NCBI GenBank assembly: GCA_048941015.1
Contig: JBHLNZ010000003.1
Span: 32,001 to 96,000 of the forward strand
From: Promethearchaeota archaeon
GTDB taxonomy: Archaea > Asgardarchaeota > Lokiarchaeia > Sigyniarchaeales > SOKP01
DNA: 64,000 nucleotides
Reading direction: 5' to 3'
In this document: positions 60,301-64,000 of the stretch, piece after piece
Position numbering within the stretch: the stretch's first letter is position 1
How the letters are laid out: every line of letters begins with the position of its first letter
Position numbers and translations under genes: made by a program
The notes under the pieces: generated by a model
The model's input: only the letters and a program-made list of their open reading frames with translations
The model's database searches: none
What the model was told of the DNA's origin: nothing

Positions 60301-60611
60301 ATACTAAGAAAAAGGAAATTAAAATCCCTATTAAACCTATTAAACAAAGAGAAGAACCACCTAAAATTAAACCAGAAATCGCTCCAGTGACCCCCACATT
60401 AACTCAAACAACCCTTCCAGTTATAACAACAGAAAAAATTCTAGCAGTACTATCTCAAGATTGGCAAAATATAACCCATTTAATTTTTAAATTAAAAATA
60501 AAGGATATGATGGATGCAAGATACCTTCAGAATAAATTAAAAGATCTTGTTAGAAAAGAAAAAATCTTAGTAGAAATAAAAAAAGGTAAAAAACATTGGA
60601 AATTAAGGTGA
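57309..60611 (+). CDS. top6B: DNA topoisomerase VI subunit B, expanded (1100 aa)
   Basis: EFLDNALDA, DNGLGM, QTRGSQGFG, NPH, KPHP, RFVNRTP, NWKNY, FKSQSK. Confidence 0.93.
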   Translation: MTSEDDEGRITQGTIAQFMRKRTQLVGFEFGYWKHVQYCAEFLDNALDAIESFQWNEIVKDDSSIKFSLDQDLALEHLSILQEAREDEEIQPLNHEAKLTLMKELHLKSGESIAEEAEKFEDKEEESGEVIDKSELEVEEEVRLIIEDMNEIIKPVEVIIDIEPIVIIRLRESEASSFLTSDISQKNVMSYTFEIFDNGLGMGKGDLRKFGKYLASSKSVELKQTRGSQGFGAPSAFSDAQNTTGKPIVAVSKSAESIYATVSEFFTTSKNEKRYLVHPSEVDCPFIHGTYIKLHYLNVKYIRGYLETYIKETALMNPHITIIYIDPSGEEWIYRRLVSSFPKEPKYAKPHPSSTNIGDLQDLLTKSNNLTVSAFLQDNFVRVSSKTAKEIINIAERDLQDELNLLILKNGYITKIDNKSDSIYYLNYEKRIFGRSEKERDKLVIYELTSEDIKQKYLELISNYKNLDKELEKINKEIKKQNNLIEKADTKKDTHKIEKNIEKLLKDFEVIVRKKEKIKGDLDKIIQTSKASLQELKKFKERNEFEDLINQVQLSKAKPKELSNLQFNSLFNAFKSIKYMAPPTDTAIPVGDSVLENTLIKEIGLKVSENLDEFDAPIERLKNLSNELEKLKKKDLIKEDPSIKEIDIKKEDIIDYSKKILVGINFEEENTSPDDFKQSIKDIVQTSKEILKESYQDVFDFFLETYTKEDDFVAAETRPPTSGKGLAYIVEAALAYCNDPKKLETPKRSRDVLSRFVNRTPKLRDSADCAITKAAQSVNWKNYKLDTYDNNLPKGPIKLLVNVSGPYVHLMFKSQSKNALADDEELIKEIKYCLEAIGRRLRVYLNRKATIHKSQKRASLIEQYIPIFVESVYNIASKGKTKYKEKISKEDLEILMKDAIGKKAVKVSPQKVEITKPEIKRKEIEKITPKKVAIEWEKAPLEQTPLIKSTKVEEQALSVKTLNNWTIKELREYCVDNHIDIPSKIKKPEIIKTIQEYYTKKKEIKIPIKPIKQREEPPKIKPEIAPVTPTLTQTTLPVITTEKILAVLSQDWQNITHLIFKLKIKDMMDARYLQNKLKDLVRKEKILVEIKKGKKHWKLR

Positions 60612-60616
60612 AAAAT

Positions 60617-61804
60617 ATGCCTAATCAAGGAAATAAAAAATTATATGATTTAAAAGCTGCCCGAAATTTATTTGAAAATTATTTAAATGAAGGTCAGAAA
60701 TCTCATAGATTTAAACAAGTTGAAGATACCGTAAAAATAGATGATTTGAATAGAAAACAAGCTTTAAATAGGATTTATACGTTGATAGATAATATTATCG
60801 AACAAATTTATCAAACGGGAAGACCGTCCATTCAACTGCCCTCAAGAGCTTCTTCGAATATTATATGGGATGAGGAAAATGATCTTTTATTATTAGGAAA
60901 ACAAATTATGGAAAAGCAATTTCATACTCTTACTAGTGTCGCAGATATTACAAGATTAATGAGAGTACTTGAAGTAGTATCTGAATTATTATCAGAAGAT
61001 TTACATGCTACAAAAAGAGAAATATTTTATACTGACGTTAATTTATTTGGAGAGCAAAAGAATAGTGATAAAAGTATTGAAGATATTGCCACTATGCTCT
61101 ATACTTCAAGGAATTCCACCCATATAGTTGCTGCACCAAGAGGTTCTTGTGTTGGAAGACTAAGAATAAGAGATAGAACTGATATTATCGATCTTGAAGC
61201 CCAAGGAAGTGGAGGATGGACAATATCTCCATTTTTAGATCAAATTGAAATACTTGAGTCAGATGCAGAATTTATTTTGGTTATTGAAAAAAATGCTGCA
61301 ATGATGAGGCTTGCTGAAGATAGATTTTGGCGTAAGTATCCTTGTATTTTAATAACTGCTCAGGGTGTTGGAAATGTAGCGACTCGGATGTTCTTAAAAC
61401 GCTTAAATAAAGAATTGAATCTGCCAACTTTTACTTTAGTAGATAGTGACCCATATGGTCATTATATACATTCTGTCTATTTGAGGGGTTCTAAAAGATT
61501 GAGTTATGAATCTCCTTTTCTTGCCACTCCCAACATAAAACTTCTAGGAGTTTTAACTAGAGACTTAGATAAATATAAGATACCAAAAGTAGCTAGAATC
61601 AGGATGAATAAACAAGATGAAAAACGAACCAAAGATCTACTGAATGAAGATTTTGTCAAAAAAAATAAAGAATGGGAGAAAGACTTAGCATTAGCTTTGA
61701 AATTGAAGGAGAAGGCTGAAATCCAAGCATTTGCTACTCATGGTTTTAAGTTTCTAACTGATGAATATTTACCAGAAAAACTAACTACAGGTGATTGGAT
61801 ATAA
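60617..61804 (+). CDS. top6A: DNA topoisomerase VI subunit A (Spo11 family)
   Basis: TKREIFY, IEK, DSDPYG, KAEIQA; start placed at the ATG after AGGTGA. Confidence 0.96.
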   Translation: MPNQGNKKLYDLKAARNLFENYLNEGQKSHRFKQVEDTVKIDDLNRKQALNRIYTLIDNIIEQIYQTGRPSIQLPSRASSNIIWDEENDLLLLGKQIMEKQFHTLTSVADITRLMRVLEVVSELLSEDLHATKREIFYTDVNLFGEQKNSDKSIEDIATMLYTSRNSTHIVAAPRGSCVGRLRIRDRTDIIDLEAQGSGGWTISPFLDQIEILESDAEFILVIEKNAAMMRLAEDRFWRKYPCILITAQGVGNVATRMFLKRLNKELNLPTFTLVDSDPYGHYIHSVYLRGSKRLSYESPFLATPNIKLLGVLTRDLDKYKIPKVARIRMNKQDEKRTKDLLNEDFVKKNKEWEKDLALALKLKEKAEIQAFATHGFKFLTDEYLPEKLTTGDWI

Positions 61805-62319
61805 AACTATTTTATAAAAAAGATGGTAAAGTAATTCAACTAATTGATAAAGAAAAAATGAATGACTGGCCAGTTGAATTACCATTTTTATTTGTGGAAT
61901 ATATTAGAGAGAAAAAATTAGATAGTTATGAAGAAGCAACAGTTAAGAGGGAAATAGAAAATTATCTTGATGATATTATGAAAGAAATTGCTATACCACG
62001 ATTAATTAAGCTATTAGAAAGTGAAGATGATGAAGAAATATTATTATCACTAACTAGAATTGAAGAAATTGCTAAGAAAAATATTGATATGGCAAAACCC
62101 ATCCAAAAATATCTAAAGGATCTAGAATCCAAAAAAAATTCTAAAATTGTTGAACTAGCAACCAAAATTTCCAATATTTTTATTAAAGCAGAAAGAAAAA
62201 AAGAGTTAGCAAATAAAAGAAAAATCATGCAGCAAAAAGAAAAAGACTTCTTAGCTGGAAAAATTAATTCTGAAGAGTATGCAAAAATTAGAAAAGAATA
62301 TCTTCTCTTAAAGGAATAA
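61801..62319 (+). CDS. Hypothetical protein (HEAT-like helices, C-terminal SHOCT-like motif); start ATA 61801 or TTG 61795
   Basis: AIPRLIKLL; GKINSEEY; coupled to the top6A stop. Confidence 0.7.
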   Translation: MKLFYKKDGKVIQLIDKEKMNDWPVELPFLFVEYIREKKLDSYEEATVKREIENYLDDIMKEIAIPRLIKLLESEDDEEILLSLTRIEEIAKKNIDMAKPIQKYLKDLESKKNSKIVELATKISNIFIKAERKKELANKRKIMQQKEKDFLAGKINSEEYAKIRKEYLLLKE

Positions 62320-62321
62320 AT

Positions 62322-62996
62322 ATGAAATGGAAGACTATTAAGAAATCTTTTAATGATTTCATTATAGAGAATAATATTATTGGAATTTTTGAAGAACCTA
62401 TTATTTTGAAATCAGGTAGGGAATCTTATTGGTATGTTAATTGGAGAAATATCGCCGAAGATGTATATTTAATTGATATCTTGACGGATTATATTATCTC
62501 ATTTGTCAAATATTTAGAATTAAACCCTGATTGTTTTTATGGAGTTCCTGAAGGAGCTACTAAATTAGGAGTCATAACTCAATATAAGTGGGCAAAACAA
62601 CACAAAAATTATGGAAAAGGTATATTTCCTCTACCAATGGGTCGTGCATTACCAAAAAGACATGGAGATCCAAAAGATAAGTTTTTTGTAGGAGCTCCAA
62701 AAGGTAAAGTCATAATTCTCGAAGATACAACAACAACTGGGGGATCATTAATCGAGTGTATAGAGAACCTCCAAATTTTGAATTTAAATATAATAGCTGC
62801 AATAGTTTTAACTGATAGAAATGAAAAAAGAAATGATGGAAAAACCGTAAAGCAAGTAATAAATGAAAGAGGAATAAAATACTTTCCAATGAGTAACGCA
62901 ATCGAAATTTTACCTTATTTGAAACCAAAGAGAATATTAGCTAATCATATTGAAGATTATTTTAAAATGTACGGAAGTTCTAATTTAAGATTTTAA
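62322..62996 (+). CDS. pyrE: Orotate phosphoribosyltransferase
   Basis: LKSGRES.WY.N.R, K.HG, ILEDTTTTGGS. Confidence 0.9.
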   Translation: MKWKTIKKSFNDFIIENNIIGIFEEPIILKSGRESYWYVNWRNIAEDVYLIDILTDYIISFVKYLELNPDCFYGVPEGATKLGVITQYKWAKQHKNYGKGIFPLPMGRALPKRHGDPKDKFFVGAPKGKVIILEDTTTTGGSLIECIENLQILNLNIIAAIVLTDRNEKRNDGKTVKQVINERGIKYFPMSNAIEILPYLKPKRILANHIEDYFKMYGSSNLRF

Positions 62997-62998
62997 AA

Positions 62999-63577
62999 TT
63001 ATTCATTATCACCAAGAAAGAAATTTCTCCATACCTTTATAATATTAAATAAGCGTGCATAAAGAACTTTTTCAGATTTCGTTAATTTCCGTTCATCATC
63101 TAAAGTTAAGTCTGATTTTGCTAACTTCAAAACTTTCAACAATCGACTGTCGATAATGTTTGTTGTAAAAGAATTAAATCTATCCAAATCAATTTTTGGT
63201 TTGATTTTACTCTTTACTTCTTTTTGCATCAACATTTTTGATTCTTTTATTTTATTTAAGAAATATCTCTCTTCTCTTAGAATTAGCTTTTGATCATCTC
63301 TTTCACTAATTGCATACCTCTGAACATCTACATTATCACATTTTTCAGTAGCACTTAATTTTAAAATATCATTTTGAATAAATGGAATGGCTTCAAAATA
63401 TTTTAATTTATACTTCTTGCCTTTTTCAAAAGGTCCAAACTTTTCTCCTAAAATTGAAAATCCTGCATAGTTTTTTATGCACTCTGTTATTGTTTCTTCA
63501 TTTTTAAAAATAAAATTTTGTCGAATTAAAGAATTTAAAAAAGTTTCTTCAATAGTCATCATGCCTTCTCTTGTCAT
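62999..63577 (-). CDS. gins23: GINS subunit, Gins23 (Psf2/Psf3) type
   Basis: N-terminal B domain (GPFEKG...L...EA), C-terminal RL.K.LKLA...LT.SE..LY...I..WR. Confidence 0.75.
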   Translation of the reverse strand: MTREGMMTIEETFLNSLIRQNFIFKNEETITECIKNYAGFSILGEKFGPFEKGKKYKLKYFEAIPFIQNDILKLSATEKCDNVDVQRYAISERDDQKLILREERYFLNKIKESKMLMQKEVKSKIKPKIDLDRFNSFTTNIIDSRLLKVLKLAKSDLTLDDERKLTKSEKVLYARLFNIIKVWRNFFLGDNE

Positions 63578-63665
63578 ATTTAATAAATTAATATACTTTT
63601 ATATACTATCTAATGTAAATCAACAGAAATAAACTCATATTAGAATATTAATAATTAATTATATC

Positions 63666-64000
63666 GTGGATTATTTGATAGCAGAACTCATTTTATTGAT
63701 ATTTTTCTTTATCTTCTTTCTATTTGGCTTTTGGATAATTTATAGACAAGTAGCTCTTGTCAAGAAGGGGGAATTTAATATCAAGGATCGGCTTCAATGT
63801 CTTATCTATGGATTCATTTTTAGTTCTGCTGTTATGATTGTTATTGCAATGGGTTTTATCTTTACTGTTAAAACACCGGAGTTTTGGGAAAACAGTTCTA
63901 TAATACCTCAAGATATTAATCCTCTTGCGATCCTTCTACCATTTTTTATTTGTATACTGTATATTTCTTTTTATCCGTTAATTGATTTCTTATTTATTGC
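63666..64000 (+). CDS. Membrane protein, 5' part (runs off the window)
   Basis: GTG-started frame open to the window end with three hydrophobic helices. Confidence 0.7.
   Translation, partial: MDYLIAELILLIFFFIFFLFGFWIIYRQVALVKKGEFNIKDRLQCLIYGFIFSSAVMIVIAMGFIFTVKTPEFWENSSIIPQDINPLAILLPFFICILYISFYPLIDFLFI

Noticed and set aside
1-64000. CRISPR arrays, IS elements, proviruses, rRNA, SECIS/selenoproteins
   Set aside because: No regularly spaced repeats, transposase/integrase motifs, rRNA-like GC-rich tracts or in-frame TGA-interrupted genes seen by eye

Overview
Very AT-rich, gene-dense archaeal chromosome segment. The gene set points to an Asgard archaeon, most likely Lokiarchaeia/Promethearchaeia (inferred from roadblock, longin/DENN-like and EMC6-like proteins beside Rpp30/Pop5, eL15, TgtA, Topo VI, GINS23 and SMC-ScpAB). 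It is mostly housekeeping DNA; I see no CRISPR array, transposase, integrase or rRNA. The ORF track misses several features. (1) A Trp-rich leader peptide (MATEIKSFWRWQWQWRKRTLFSLV) followed by a U-tract lies upstream of trpB2, a candidate ribosome-sensed tryptophan attenuator. (2) The condensin is unusual: a 1482-aa SMC with no recognisable hinge or zinc hook and repeat-expanded arms, plus an ScpA whose hidden N-terminus carries a HeH/SAP-like module 19/35 identical to one appended to Topo VI-B. (3) Conserved genes (rnp2/Pop5, scpA) have no ATG/GTG/TTG start, and several others appear to start at ATA. (4) Three tRNA genes carry five BHB introns, all at non-canonical positions (7/8, 19/20, 24/25, 30/31, 59/60). 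(5) A C/D-box sRNA is predicted to guide the 23S Gm2251-equivalent methylation. (6) A 9-codon micro-gene with promoter, SD and terminator lies divergent from a 1210-aa multi-module regulator-like protein. All product calls rest on motif recognition by eye; no database search was run.
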